From positions 1 through 64,000 of the forward strand of contig RBZT01000846.1 of NCBI GenBank assembly GCA_003693705.1: a DNA stretch of 64,000 bases. The letters run 5' to 3'. Shown one piece after another: positions 37,141 to 50,249 of the stretch. Position numbers and translations under genes: made by a program. Source of the stretch: Polymyxa betae A26-41. Lineage: Eukaryota; Protista; Endomyxa: Phytomyxea. Every line of letters starts with the position of its first letter. Within the stretch, counting starts at the first letter, position 1. The notes under the pieces are model-generated. The model was not told the origin of the DNA. It did not search any database and saw only the letters and a list, made by a program, of their open reading frames with translations.

Positions 37141-37344
37141 AGGGGACTCTTACTACCAGTTTCATACAACTATGGGCGATGTATATGGAGAAGAAGGAAC
37201 TTATAATGCAGAAAACCAATGCAAGACAAAGGACACGAACAAAGGAGACAAGAGCTATTCAACGAGAGCAGAGTTGTTGATCAAGAAACGGCGTTGATGG
37301 AATTGAGCTACCCTCAGTCGACCATGTAACGAGATTTTATTCGG

Positions 37345-37868
37345 ATGCAGAATAATGACACGTCTGTTCTAAGATGCACCTTATTACAGCGTATTAGTGG
37401 GTTTCCAGATTATTTTATCGACTTCAATGGAAATGTTTATAGTAGAAGAGGGGAGTTAAAACTCACTTGGACATTAATGGTTATAACATTGTGGTTGTAT
37501 ACAAGAACAAAATACGATACACTCGGAAAGTTCATAGATTAGTCGCCCAGACTTTTATTGATAATCCTTATAATCGACCAGCGGTTGATCATATTGACCG
37601 AAATAAAGTGAACAATAACGTGGATAATTTAAGATGGGTAACAATTCAGAAAAATGGTCATAACAGAGTCGATAATAACGAGCACCTAAATATCATGAAA
37701 AGGAATGATAGAGGTTATAGGGTTCAGTTTTCGTTCCATTGAGTTTCGAGATGCTATACAGGAAATGATTGACAGCAACGAAGAAATATGTCAAGTTTTC
37801 GTGGATCTTTATGGAAACGATATGAAACGCATAGCACGAACTCAATATTGGAAATATCAGTTGATCAT
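37345..37868 (+). pseudogene. Frameshifted NUMOD4-HNH homing-endonuclease-like gene of viral/phage type
   Basis: ISGFPDYFIDFNGNVYS (NUMOD4-like), a frame change near 37465, then KVHRLVAQTFIDNP..VDHIDRNKVNNNVDNLRWVT (HNH_3); intronless and AT-rich. Confidence 0.85.
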
Positions 37869-37894
37869 NNNNNNNNNNNNNNNNNNNNNNNNNN
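37869..37894. other. Assembly gap (26 N)
   Basis: Run of N characters. Confidence 1.
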
Positions 37895-38174
37895 AAACCC
37901 GAAACGAGCTTCTACACCTCCTATCAATGCTCAAAGGGACATTGTAGCATATTCCTACAATCATGAGAACAGGAAGACCGAGCGCCTTATCATTCATAAA
38001 GTTCGGGAGGTTATGGACGATCTGACGAGGAGGAAGGTCATGTCCATGAGTGATTACCCTTATATCAGAGAATTATTTGCCGACTATAACATCAACGAGG
38101 TTCAAATTCGGCGCAATCTTCGTCGTGGCGTTGTTGTTGTCTCTGAACAAACTACGAAGGCTGTGTCTCCGTAG
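37895..38174 (+). CDS. Intronless ORF fragment after the gap, probably part of the same foreign element
   Basis: An open frame of about 92 codons ending in TAG at 38174; no family recognised. Confidence 0.35.
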
Positions 38175-38301
38175 ATTGTAACATTACAATAAGGTGGAAG
38201 AGGACACCTTCGTCGTGACTGGGAGGCGTCGCGGGTTTTCTGTCGCTCTCTTTCTACACATTTCACATCTGGCGCCCTATCTTGCTGAGTCTGATTTTCA
38301 A

Positions 38302-38539
38302 ATGTCGGGCGTCTCGGGGTTCTTGAAGTTCGCTGTCAAAGAGCTGTCCAAGCCGCATATGTGGCCATTCGTGGTGGGTGCCGTCGTCACCGTGACCGGA
38401 GCTGCCATGATTCCCATTTCTGACGAAGACGTCAAGAAGAGCAGTGAGTAGAAGTTCGTGAATGCATTCAAACATCGAATACTCATGAATTTCAGAGTTA
38501 ATTCACCCTAACCTTGGCCATGAACATGGCAAACACTAA
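38302..38539 (+). CDS. Mitochondrial ATP synthase small subunit i/j-like (plant 6-kDa subunit type), 2 exons
   Basis: MSGVSGFLKFAVKELSKPHMWPFVVGAVVTVTGAAMIPISDEDVKKSKLIHP resembles plant WPFLTGFAVTG..TEEDAKNSKF; intron 38444-38495. Confidence 0.7.
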
Positions 38540-38619
38540 ACCAATACAATTTTGCGATAATCGCCAATATGTTTGGGCAAGTTACTACATTCGGTTTGCA
38601 CAATTTTTTCATGATCATT

Positions 38620-41600
38620 TTAGTCAGCACTCTTAAATCCAGAAACTTCTTTCATAAGTTCGGCTAACTGAGAAGTTCTTTCTACACGGACGATGAATTC
38701 TTGGAATTCCTTACATAGCATGGCCTTTGGAATATGAGACCGGATCGTTATGAACAACCGAACAGCAGTTCGAAGGATAGTCACAGAAGCGTCCTGCGTC
38801 GCCTCCGTTTTCGCTAACCGAAGCTGATCTTTAATGCTCTGCAATAAGGTTTAGTGATTTCGAAATGTGAATTTCAAGAGAATTTACATCCAGGAATCCA
38901 GAGATCAGCTGTGGCAACAATGACAGCAAACAATCTGGAACTTTGGAGCACAACGCGAGCAATATGTGATATACGGTCAACTGAACATCTTGTTCATCCG
39001 ATAATCCCCGGCCTACAGATGGGTGGTTCACAAGTGAAACAGATTAGACAAAAACACACGAACATAGCACCGCGTCCAGCTCTGAATACTGCTGAATATA
39101 TTCTGTATGATGTAAAGCAAGCGATTCGAGACATGAGAATGCAGCCCTTCTTAACGGAATGCCATCGTCGATCTTCTGTTTGAAAGGACCGAAATCCAGC
39201 TAGAGTTGAGTTAAAACGATGAAACAATTTGTCTTTTTTTGACTTGCCATTCGTATCAGCGAAGGATCTATTTGAGTTTGTAGGATAACATGAGGAAGAA
39301 TGAAATCAGGAATCTTTGCCAGCAGTGTTCTCCGGTTCGGGTCCTTCAATAAAGCGTTCATAATTATCAGTGCATGCCGACGAGTAGAAAGATCATCGTC
39401 TGACAGCAGCTCGATGAAATCGTCGAGGCAATTGGAGAGGTCTACATAGGAACAATATGTCTGAAAATGGAATTGAGGATGGGATGAGGCACATACCAAT
39501 AGTAGGTGAAATATATCGAAGAGTTCCCATCATGACCGAACGAACGTTTGCCGATGGCGATTTAAGACTCGAAAGGACCAATTTGTTTACCTCTGGATTG
39601 GCAAACAGTAGCCCCAAACATTGGCTAAGAATGTTGCGAACGCCCTAAGTATTGAATAAATATCAGAACAGAATGCAAGAAGGGTCTCAACTTCATCATC
39701 TGAGTACGAAAACGTTATCAGCATCGGGACCAGATCGTCCGGAAGATCTACAGTGGTTTGTCCAAGGGATACAAGCATCTGTGAAGAGATCATCAGTACC
39801 GAGAAACAAGGCATCGTCAAGTCAGCAACTTGTTTAAAGCTGTTGAGTATAAGGTAACGATGACGATCGTTGGTGCTCATTTGCTTCACAATTAGCGGCA
39901 TTGTAGCGCCATGACTGCCAATGCTGAGTTTGCCTAAGTTCAACGGTTATGGCAGGAAAGGATATCGCTACAGACAAACCTAAAGCGACGGAGGCGGCAA
40001 TCTTGCACTCGTCTGAAGTGTCATCAAAACTCTGAAGAAGCTGACTCGGAAGCTGTTCAATTTCTGCAATGATTCAGGGTACGCCTTCTTGGACCCAAAT
40101 CGTGCTTACTCTGAAGATTAACGCGTTCGCCCACAAGACCAACAGCGTGCAAGCTCCTAAGCCTCTCTTCTGGTGATTTTGAGCGTATGCCAGGTAGTAA
40201 AACATCGACAACAGCTGTGATCATTAAGTGATTTTAAACGTAGAAAACTCGAAACTACCGCTTAAAGCAGGAGCTTGATCGGAAGGTTGACAGCAAATGA
40301 TCGCAGCAAGAAGGAAGCTTTGATTCTTAACTGTAGAAACAGAACATGACGAGCAATTGGTGTCAAGAACGCTTTGGAACAATGAATCTTTAGAAAACTT
40401 CGACGACTGGGGCGATTTGGTGGCTAAGCATTGCATTAACAGCGACAATGCGTTCAAGGTCATGTTCTAAGAGCAAAAACAACTCAGAGATATTTTAAAT
40501 CCACAAACAAACCTTACAGGCAACGAGCTATTTTTGAGTAGTGCGGAGCATCGGGATATGAAGTCATTATAATCGATGAATGAATCCAGAACGAGTCCAG
40601 AATTCAGAATACTTTGAACAAATTCCAGCATATTATAAAGGATTAGATCACACAATTGCAGATCTCCGCAGTCAATGTCTAGAAGCAAAGTGAGCGAAAT
40701 CGGGCGTGACCGTAACAGACGATTTACAATTTAAGAGCGTTCCAATGCATAATTTAGCGTTCTCTAAGCCAACTGTATTCAATCGACCGTTGATACACAG
40801 CATTATCGCTTGAGCCGATTGATATCGGAGGGAGCTTGAGTTCTTTCTTAGGAAAGAGCACAAGCGATTCAAAGAAGCCGAGCTAGTTAGCACCCCGAGG
40901 TCTACAATCGATATCAAACGTTTGAAATGTCATCGTAACTAAGAAATACCAAGAGGGGGTGTTCGTTTGGCGATTCGGATTACTGCATCAAGAGCTGACA
41001 GTTGAGTTACCTGTTGCACTTTATAAGCAAAGGAGGTTAGGACGGAGTTCAAAATCACCTCATTATTCAGCCTGGAGTCTATAATCTGGAATACAGCGGC
41101 AACGGATGCAGGATCAAGGTCGCCGGATTTAAAGATGATAATGGATATGGCCTTCATTGATGCTTCTTTGATCCGCTGATCTACATCCTTACAAAAGATT
41201 TCATTATAAAAAAAATGCTGTTTCAAAACAAAAATACCTGCAGCATAAATTCTTCTAAAATCCTCTTATAGAGCTGAAGAATGATCTGGCTATCTGGAGG
41301 AATAAATTGATGAACAACTTGATTTGCTGAATAGAGATTACCTTTAGCCGTCAATATTTCAACTAATAAACCGCAAAGTCCAATGGCATCGGACCGCATT
41401 CTTGCAGAATCATTTGCAAGCTGGCTGATTCCAGCTTGTGCAATGTTCGGAAGATCTAAGCCAAGTTTTAGATTCATATCACGGAATGAATAAAATGAAA
41501 CATCACGCGAGGCCAAGTCAGGAGAGTCATGTAAACGTCGTTCGGTATCCCCCGAGACCCGAGACAAAAGACCAGAGAAGCAGCAAATTATGCCATGGCG

Positions 41601-43908
41601 AATACAGGGGGATGCAGTTGTACTCTCGAACAAGTTGAGCAGCATTGGAATGGTTCTAAGCGATCCATTACGTTGAACATAACTAAGGGGCTGTTCTTAC
41701 AGGAATAGCTGAGATTCTTCAATCTGTTTGATGCGGGCAAACTCTCGAATGATTTCAAACACCTGCAGTAGAATCTGAGTAGAATAAGATTTTTGCGATC
41801 CTAATTAATCATTGATTAATTGCCTGTTCGTCTTTCTCGCGAGTTAGAGCATTAGATAGCATCGGCAATGTTGACATAAATGTGACGGAATTAATTTCTG
41901 CATGGCATGTTTTCAGAAGCTGACTGAAAGTCAGGAAAGCCTGGTAAATTCAGGATGATGAAACTATATCAGCAATCAATGTTACTTGTGTTTTCACAGT
42001 GATGTCTCGATCACGAATGCAACGGTATATGGTATCCAGAAGTTCAGCAAAGAAACCATCAACATACTCTGACGTCACATGAGTGCCCGAAAACAATACA
42101 ATTCCAGGAAAGGTTACCATTTCTGGCGTTGGCGATGAAAGCGCTGAGAGCCATAAAGGCGCTCTTTCGAACTTTAAAGGACTGATCGTTGACATCATTA
42201 AATTCGTCACCAATCACTTCATCGCCCCAGTCGCCATCCTGTATAAAAGAGCCCTTGAGAGCCAGGACCACCAGAGCACTGAACTTACGTCAAATCCATC
42301 ATCAGTGACCATTTCTCCACCGTCATCAGTTCTCTCAGTATCCTTCCATTCACTGTCAGAGACTAAAAAACTCGGATTTTGCAAAAAACCATTTGTGCGA
42401 TAAAGTTCGGATCATATTTGGCGAAAGCGCAACAAGCAGATAGCATTTCGGAATAGAACGGAGATGAATCATTTGGGCAGGATTTAAAAATAGCCTCCAT
42501 TGCCTAAACACAGTCATGAACAGAGCATCATTTGTAAGGCTCTATAACCTGAATACAGGTTTCTCGTAAATCATCAGCGAGGCCCTGTTGTGAAGCAATT
42601 TGCAACGGTTTCGAGTCCGTTGACGAAACCTGTACTAATAAAGGAACAACACGGGGAATCCATGGAGATACGGAAAGTGCAGCAACACGGCAAATCACTT
42701 TGTTGAATCATTAGAACATGTTTGTTCAAAACCAATGCAATTCCGACCTCCAATACACTGGATGTAATTGTATAATGAATTGCCGGATAACGAATTCGAA
42801 CCTGGCACCAGAATTCAGTACAAAACGAAAAGATATATCGCAAAGCCAAATACCGAAATGTTCTATCTGATCAATGATGACAGAAAACATTTTCTCGAAT
42901 CGCTCAGGTGGAAGAATGGGAGCCAATGCGCCGAATGTATTCAAAACTCGCTTTTGCAGAGCAAATCGGCCATTTGAGTTAAGCAGGTTGAGAAGCTGCC
43001 AATGCGATAAGCTTATAGCCATAGCCTAAGAATTGGTTCTACCTGCTTCGATATAGTGTCGTGATATTCAGGCAACGCATCGCCGAACCGCTTCAGGACA
43101 TCGCGTAATAGATCAATGCAGACTAGCTGAATATCTACAGTACACAGGGTACTCAGCAACAGCATGACAAGATAGTATACGGCGACCTAGGGATAAAGGA
43201 GCATTGACAACACTGGATGGAAGCGTTGTCGAGCTGAAGGTGGGCGAATTCGCATCGCTACGAATACCGGCGAGTATGAGAGGTACTAAAGTGCTAGAGA
43301 ATTTTTGATCTACAGATCTGAGAAAATTCTCAAGCAACTTAAAGAGCAAGACTGACTCGAGTGCGGCGGCAACGAATTGACAATGGTTCGAATTCCGATC
43401 GAATAGATGTCACGAAGTTCGGGATTTCCGATGAAAACAAGTTCGCCTAAAAAACTCAATTAACTCGGGTGCGCACGTGCTGAATACAGGACACAACTTA
43501 GTCTCTGCGATATAGTAATAATCTGATCCAGTGAGAACTTGGGGACGATAATCGACAGACTATCATTCAAGTTAGCGCGATGTTGACCGTTTTGTATCAT
43601 CACACCATTTAACAGCAACCGATTGCACATCAGATGACTGTATTACGAGTCAATAATGAGTATTTAGTCAATATAAAAAAAGGAATACTTGATCATTGAA
43701 TTGGCAAAGGATTGCATCAGTGATCCTAGCCTGAAGAGCTCTATCGATATTATCCAGGCCATCCAAAGCCATAATCATATCGTTCGTTGCCATGAACCTC
43801 TCATCTTTATCATGGTGTTTGCTCTAACAGAAACCGATCAGACCCAGATGAGGCCATCCCCGATTTCCTTACGAGCTGTAGCAAACGATCGATCTCTGCC
43901 AACGACAT
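38620..43908 (-). CDS. CAND1: Cullin-associated NEDD8-dissociated protein 1 (HEAT repeats), many short introns
   Basis: DKDERFMATND, DVQSVAVK, DDLRETCIQ, KYDPN, DQSFKVRKSA, QDVDQRIKEASM, GPFKQKIDDGIPLRRAAF and DVQLTVYHIL. Confidence 0.92.
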
Positions 43909-44204
43909 GGCTTTAAACCAAATGCTGAGAAAATGCCGTAATTCAACATCATTTCAAAATGGTGACGAAACTGTATTTATTTCACAGAGACCATCACGCG
44001 ATGCTCCTCACTAACAGACAACAAGCTGATGGCATGATCGTCGTAACGCAATGCAGTCAGCGGGCTCCTTTTAGAAAGATACAAGAAAGTTGAATTGAAC
44101 TCGCGACTTTCTCCACTTTAGAAAAAAGCGCGCAGTTGTTTTTCTTCAATTTCTGTAAAAGTTGCGCTCTTTTGTAAATCGTCGTGTCGAAGGGTTCGAA
44201 GTCG

Positions 44205-44811
44205 ATGGCATCGTCGTCCCAGAGATACAAGCCATTGGCTGCCTCGCGACCCGAACGTCGCGTATACCAACATAATGGCCATGTTGTATTTGAATGGAAG
44301 CAATCGCTAGATGGAGTGGAAGTTTTCATTCGGCCTCCCGAAGGTCAATCCTTGCGATTGGTGAGAATCTCGTAGTGAACGGAAAGGCAGGTGTTCGCGC
44401 TCGCGATCTCGATATCGAAATCAAGCCGAACCACCTGCGAGTTGGTCTCAAAGGAAACCCGCCTTTCATGAATGAAGACCTGTTTAGTACTGTCGTCGTT
44501 AAAGACAGTCTCTGGACCATGGATAACGGAGAAGTTTGCATCGATTTAAAGAAGGCTTTGATCGGCGAAACCTGGAATTCTGTCTTGAAAGGCAAAGGCG
44601 CATTAGCTGTTGCCGATGCTGATATTGAGAAGAAGCAGATGATGCTGGAACGATTTCAATCCGAGGTACGAAAATACTTGAGCACAGATTCTCGTCTGAT
44701 GAAGTATTATAGCATCCAGGTTTTGATTTTTCCAATGCAGATTTTGCAGGTGTCGCTCCAGATGCAAGACAATTTATGGGCGGAATGGATTATAACCGTA
44801 TCGATAAATGA
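44205..44811 (+). CDS. NUDCD2: NudC domain-containing protein 2 (CS/p23 domain), 3 exons
   Basis: FEWKQSLDGVEVFI, DSLWTMD and KKQMMLERFQSEHPGFDFSNADF. Confidence 0.9.
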
Positions 44812-44874
44812 AAGGAGAAGATGTATTACCAAACTACAGAACAACAATGACAATGCTGCAGATTTAGTCCCCCA

Positions 44875-45618
44875 TTAGAGCTTGTTTGTGGTTGCCTTCT
44901 CTTCTGATTTTGAGCCAGATAGCTCGAGTGCCAGCTTTCTTTGCACTTCGCCATGCAATTCCATGGCAAATTCATAAACGCTGCGTATTGGGATGTGGAC
45001 GATGGTAAACCGAATCCCAGCAGGCATCATATTCGAAGTGTAACTCCCGATCATATCGGCTTCAGGTTTCAGCAACTCATATTGGCCGACATCGACATTG
45101 GAAAGTCCTTCAAACACGACCAAGATTACCACAATTTTCGTATCCCCTGCAGGGCTCTAAGCAATTAAGTAAGGCTGTTGAAGCCAGATACAGATAATGA
45201 TGTAGATTACCTGGTCCTTAAGGTGCAGACTCTTTCTTGTAATCCCTTGTAGAGGACCTTCGTTGACATCGAAGTAAACATTATGTTCCAGGATCTGCTT
45301 AAATGCTGCTATCTTTGTGTCAGCGTTTTCACTAAACACGCGAAGTGAAGGGGCGAACTCTTCGACGATTATCATATTTTCGTCCACTTTTAAATCAGCT
45401 AGATCGGAGCCGCCCTGTGAATCGAACAGAATCCGAGCAGAAGGCGGGAAGCAGCGTTTTATATCTTTAGTTCGGAAAGCCAAATCGATTTTCGACGGCG
45501 CTGGGCGAGATTCGTCGTCCTCATCACGCAGCTGCAGACTCATTCCAATATTCGACACTTGCTGAAGCAGCTCCAGGGAGCCGACGATGTCCCTGCTCAT
45601 TCCACAGATTAGATCCAT
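44875..45618 (-). CDS. Hypothetical protein, 2 exons
   Basis: ORFs 45157-45618 and 44875-45132 are joined by a short GT-AG intron. Confidence 0.55.
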
Positions 45619-45641
45619 ATTGACTGCTATTAGTGCTTATA

Positions 45642-47283
45642 ATGATGTTCATCGCTTTCATAAGTCCGGTCAGTAGTTCGCCCTCAACCTATGGATCTGT
45701 AAAAAAATGATATTCAGATTAGGGCACGTGTCATTCCCTATATGTACAACGTTCAACCCCTAGGTGGATGGGAAAAGCATGAATTATCGTTTGAGCTCGA
45801 TTTACAGGCAGCGAGACGGGCCGTTACCCGTAACTATTACCACTTCGATGGTCACCATATTGAGCTACAACGACTTCTCGACAGGCTGGAGAAGAGGACG
45901 GCAGCGAAGCGAGAAACTAAATGGGATCCGGCACGACATACTGGATTTAAAAGACAGGCACTTGAGAGGAATGATCTATCTTTTTATGCCAACAAACTTA
46001 GGCAACCAGCGCCTGCAGCACCCAGCGATAAATTATTGTTCAACAGAAACGAGGTAGATACCATCACAGGGAAGAATGATGAACAGATGACCAATTCTGG
46101 GTTAAAGAATCCTGACGACACTTGCCAACCTAATGTTCTGACAAGAGGCGATACTGTTGATATAATTCTGATCGAGGCAACTGCAGACGGTGCAAAGAAT
46201 ATGAAGTTGGCTGAAGGCGATGGAATCTATGTCACTGATGAAAACACACTATTAAAATACCATAGTGATGATGAATCAAAAGAGCAGGAGATAACTACAG
46301 ACGAAACTGATTACGGTTCTGAGGATTTGGAGATTATCACTGATAACGAAATCGAAGAAGAGGATATGGAGGCAGTGGACAACGATGCTGCTTACGAATC
46401 CGGTACGGAGGCAGTTGAAGACGAAGCGGGTGCAGAAACCAACTATCCAGAAACAATTGGGGACGAAAGTGATGGATCGGGAGCTGCTGAAGAAGTCCGG
46501 AAGGGTGAAACAGGGGATGTGGAATCAGCAGACGAATTGTTGATCTCTCAAGAAAGCGAATCACAGAATGGTGACGGCGCTTCATCGACGGGTCAAATCG
46601 CAACAGAATATGCTGAAAAATTGAATGGTTTACAGAAACATGAAACTATTGAAGCTGAAAGCAGTCAAATCACCAAAGATGCAAATCCAACAACATCGTC
46701 AGACCGAGAATCAGAATTCTCCAAGATAGGAATTTCATACTCCCATAGCAAGATCTTGATGGAAGAAGATGAAATCCTGTTATCTGCGGTAACTGGATTA
46801 GTGGGCTTGAGAAAGATTCAATTCGAGAAAGAACTGTTCCATAATAACTGGGGAATCAACACAACAGCTACAGCAATCAATAATCATTCTGAAGAAATCG
46901 CCGATAATCTGCCATCGTTGAAGAAATTGAGCGACATCGGGGTAACATGTAATGCTGAGAACCAGTTTCAAACCAAGCAAATCCATGAAAAAGTTCAAAG
47001 CTTAGATTCCGTTTTAGTGCACAAAAACCTAGAAAAGCCACCGGTATTGGAAAACGTTCTGAATCAGGAACTGGAGTTCCACGGAAACTTGAAGCCAAGG
47101 GAAACAGAATTACGAAGCCTGTCGACTTCGCCTACATTCATAATCTCAGAAACAACAAACGAGGATCTAGGAATCCCAATTGAAGCTTCAACGGCATCCA
47201 GTCTCCATTACTTGCTCGTATTCATTGTGATAATGACCATATTAAGGAAAACGGTCATAGTCCTGAACCGCCTATCTGCATAA
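45642..47283 (+). CDS. Acidic, largely disordered putative surface protein with a C-terminal hydrophobic anchor
   Basis: 513-codon exon rich in E/D, ending in YLLVFIVIMTIL; a probable short first exon (ATG 45642, intron 45669-45717) would supply a hydrophobic N-terminus. Confidence 0.6.
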
Positions 47284-47858
47284 CAGAGCGCCTCCCAAGG
47301 AAACTCCACTGCAAGGTAAGACGGCTAAGAATGCCATTGCATCGATACGAGAGCCCCCATTCGTTAAACGGTCAGTAAACCAATCCTATCACCGAGCCAG
47401 TTAGGCAAACCTTACGACCTGACAACAAGACGAGCAAATGAAGGCGAAATATTGCGCAGTGGCGCAGTTTGTGTTTCGCGTTTGCTTTCGACGGTCAAGA
47501 GAGCGCGCTCCTATGATGCGCTCTATCTTACTTGCTCGCTCTGTTCCATGCATCAGTTAGTCTTGTCCGTCTACTTTACTATTTTATCCTTGACTATCGC
47601 CGCCGTCTAGCCCTGATACACCGCTTGACAGCCGCCCGCTGTCAGAAGATCGGTGGATCGGATTGCGATTCGTCACCAGTCTGCTCTGACACTGCTAGAT
47701 ATATAGCCACCACACCTTCACACAACCTTTCACTCTTTACACCTCGGGCCAGTCGCTGATCTCGAATCGCTTGCGTGCTGGCGCCGATACAAGTTCTTCA
47801 GGTTCAGTTCTGTTAGCTCGCGACCGAAGGCTTCTGATGATGGCAACAGTCCAGGCGA

Positions 47859-50040
47859 ATGTCGCTGGCTTCAGCTGCAGACAATATCGAGTCGCCAGCC
47901 TCGTCGGATGGAGAAGATGGCGCCGCTCATGTGGCAAGCTCTGATCAATGGGTGACGAGATGTATCTGTATCAATAACAGCCAAGTCGTATGGTCGAGGC
48001 CTTCAGCCTTGGCTGCAGCTCTGATTGGTTTCGGTTTAGGAAGGCTTTATGATTGAATGCGAGAGATGTCAAGTCTGGCAGCATGGGGACTGTGTTCAAG
48101 TATGAAGTCGGCGTAGAATATCTTCTCACTCTCTGATTAACTTCCATAGGTAGACAAAGGCAAAGTTCCTGACGAATATTTTTGCGAATTGTGTCGTCCA
48201 GAATTGCACGATGCTCGTGGTTTATGGACGGGTGGCGTTCGCAGCCAACCAATTGGCAAGGTTGCTGTCAGTCGAGGCAGCGCATCGAAAAAGAAGAAAA
48301 CCAAATCTCGGAAGCAGAATTCGCAGGTTGCATTTCACCACAAATTTTTAACTCGGCATTGCTCAGGCGATATTTTTAGGGCGGAACTCTTGCAGGAATA
48401 ACCGCTGCTAATGTTGCTGGAGAGGGTCCTAGTGATAACGCCATGATTGACGTCAGAGGCACTTCCAGTCAGCCGGATCCCATCACTCCTGGGGCGGTCC
48501 AGCCCGATTCGGCGTCGAACGGGGCAGAAGACGATCAGAAAAATCTGTCCCGCGAGGAACGGAAAATCGTGAAGATTATGCAGACGATACAGATGATGGA
48601 GGATCGTGATAAGAAACGAAGGCGGAGCGGTGGTACTAATGCCACCCCAGATCCGCAGGCATCTGCAAACAAAGGGCAGGCGGCCGATGAACAAACCAGC
48701 AAACGCAGGAAATCGAGGCCGAACTCAACATCGAAACGAACCGGTCTCGATATTCCCACTTTGACAATCGGAGGTTATGATGTCGAGCAATTGAAAACTT
48801 CGCCCGCTCTTCTAAGGAACTTGTTTCCTATCAGTCCCATGTATCTGGGCTCTAAAGTTCGTTTCTGTAACCTTTTTTTCGTGCAATTTTGTTGTTGACA
48901 TCAATGTTCAGATCTTTTTACTACAACACGTAACTCTGATGGAGAATCCATCCAATGGCATATCCTCTGCTCCTAGTACTCCCATTGCCCATCACCAATC
49001 TCTCATCAAAGAGAGCATATCGTTTGCTCGTGCTGCAAGCCTTCCTGAAGACGTTATGAAGTGATTTCTCCTTATCTGGTTATGGAACCTATCTCAACAT
49101 GGCTTCAGGTCAGTGAAAGACGAAAGGAGGACGTGTAGGAGTCCTTCTCCTGCATCTAGACCGGGTCCCTCAAATATGTCTGCGAACTCGTCCCCGTTTT
49201 CATCGCAGCCCATCTCTCCGGCTCAGCCGGTCCCCGAATCGCCTGTGAATGCGTCGACGGCTCCTCCGGCCGTTTCTGAGGATCCGTCTTCCGACAACAA
49301 GATGTCGGCCGAACCAGTCGCTGTCCGTAATGTTTGACAATGCTTGTTCCCGTTTTCAACCATATTGCTTCAGGATGAGATAACCCCATCCGAACTTGTT
49401 CGGGCTTCTTCGGACAGCTCCAATTGTAAACCGGGTTTAGCGACAATCCCCAGACTGTCGACCATTCCCAAGGTTTCTGTAACCTCAGCTCGTCCTCCGG
49501 GTATGAATTTTTTCATTTTTATCAGATTATCTAATTCTGTTCTTCATAGAAAACACCAGCTCTCATCCTGGACCTTCTATCGCTACTAAGACAAACCTGT
49601 TTAGCCCAGGCGGTAAGATGTTTTCTGAATTTCCGAATCGAGTGCTTATGATGTTTATGTAGTAGCAATCCCTCCGATTCCTGGCACAAATGCGGTGACT
49701 CCGTTATCGAGCCTCTCTGAGCTAATGCAGACTTACATGAATGCTCCTCCAACAGAGTTTGCTGTATCGGGCCATTTGGATTTGTCCAGGTTTAAGCCTA
49801 ACCCTGGGATGCTGGTCCCACCGCCAAGGTATACATTGCTTCGATGGCCAGAAGTTGCTCTTAGCGTTTTGCAGTGTCCCTCTTGTTCCTCCAAGATGGA
49901 ACTCTGATCAGAATGGCAACGCTCCGCATTTATTTATGCCCACGAGAGGTTATTTACCTGCTATGCCTTTTTCCAGAAGGCCAATGCCTCCACCGCCGTC
50001 TTCATTCCCTTCAAACAATCAACAATCTCATCCATCGTGA
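47859..50040 (+). CDS. PHD-finger chromatin protein (Set3/MLL5/Cti6-like), multi-exon
   Basis: Spliced PHD VTRCIC..EGFMIECERCQVWQHGDCV..VPDEYFCELCRP and the motif SREERKIVKIMQTIQMME. Confidence 0.8.
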
Positions 50041-50249
50041 TGCCACTATCCCTGATTGAGATGTTATTGTTGTGTTTCTATCTACAATAGTTTCATATAT
50101 TGCTTTTCTATTGAGATGTTCCAAAGGCTCATGGATAAGTTTAAAATTGAAATAATACAGATTCTATAGCTTAATATTGCCGGATATTGTGGTTGGTTCT
50201 ATTTTATATACACAGCTAAAAACATTTTTGACAAGAGATTGAAACGCTT

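Noticed and set aside
37108-37160. Helitron 3' end or CRESS-virus origin
   Set aside because: No CTRR terminus at the expected distance, the 3-nt loop lacks a nonanucleotide, and no Rep or helicase gene is visible.
45699-45717. A7 slippage site or 19-nt intron joining the upstream frame to the 513-aa ORF
   Set aside because: A normal 49-nt intron from the GTCAGT donor at 45669 explains the join more simply.
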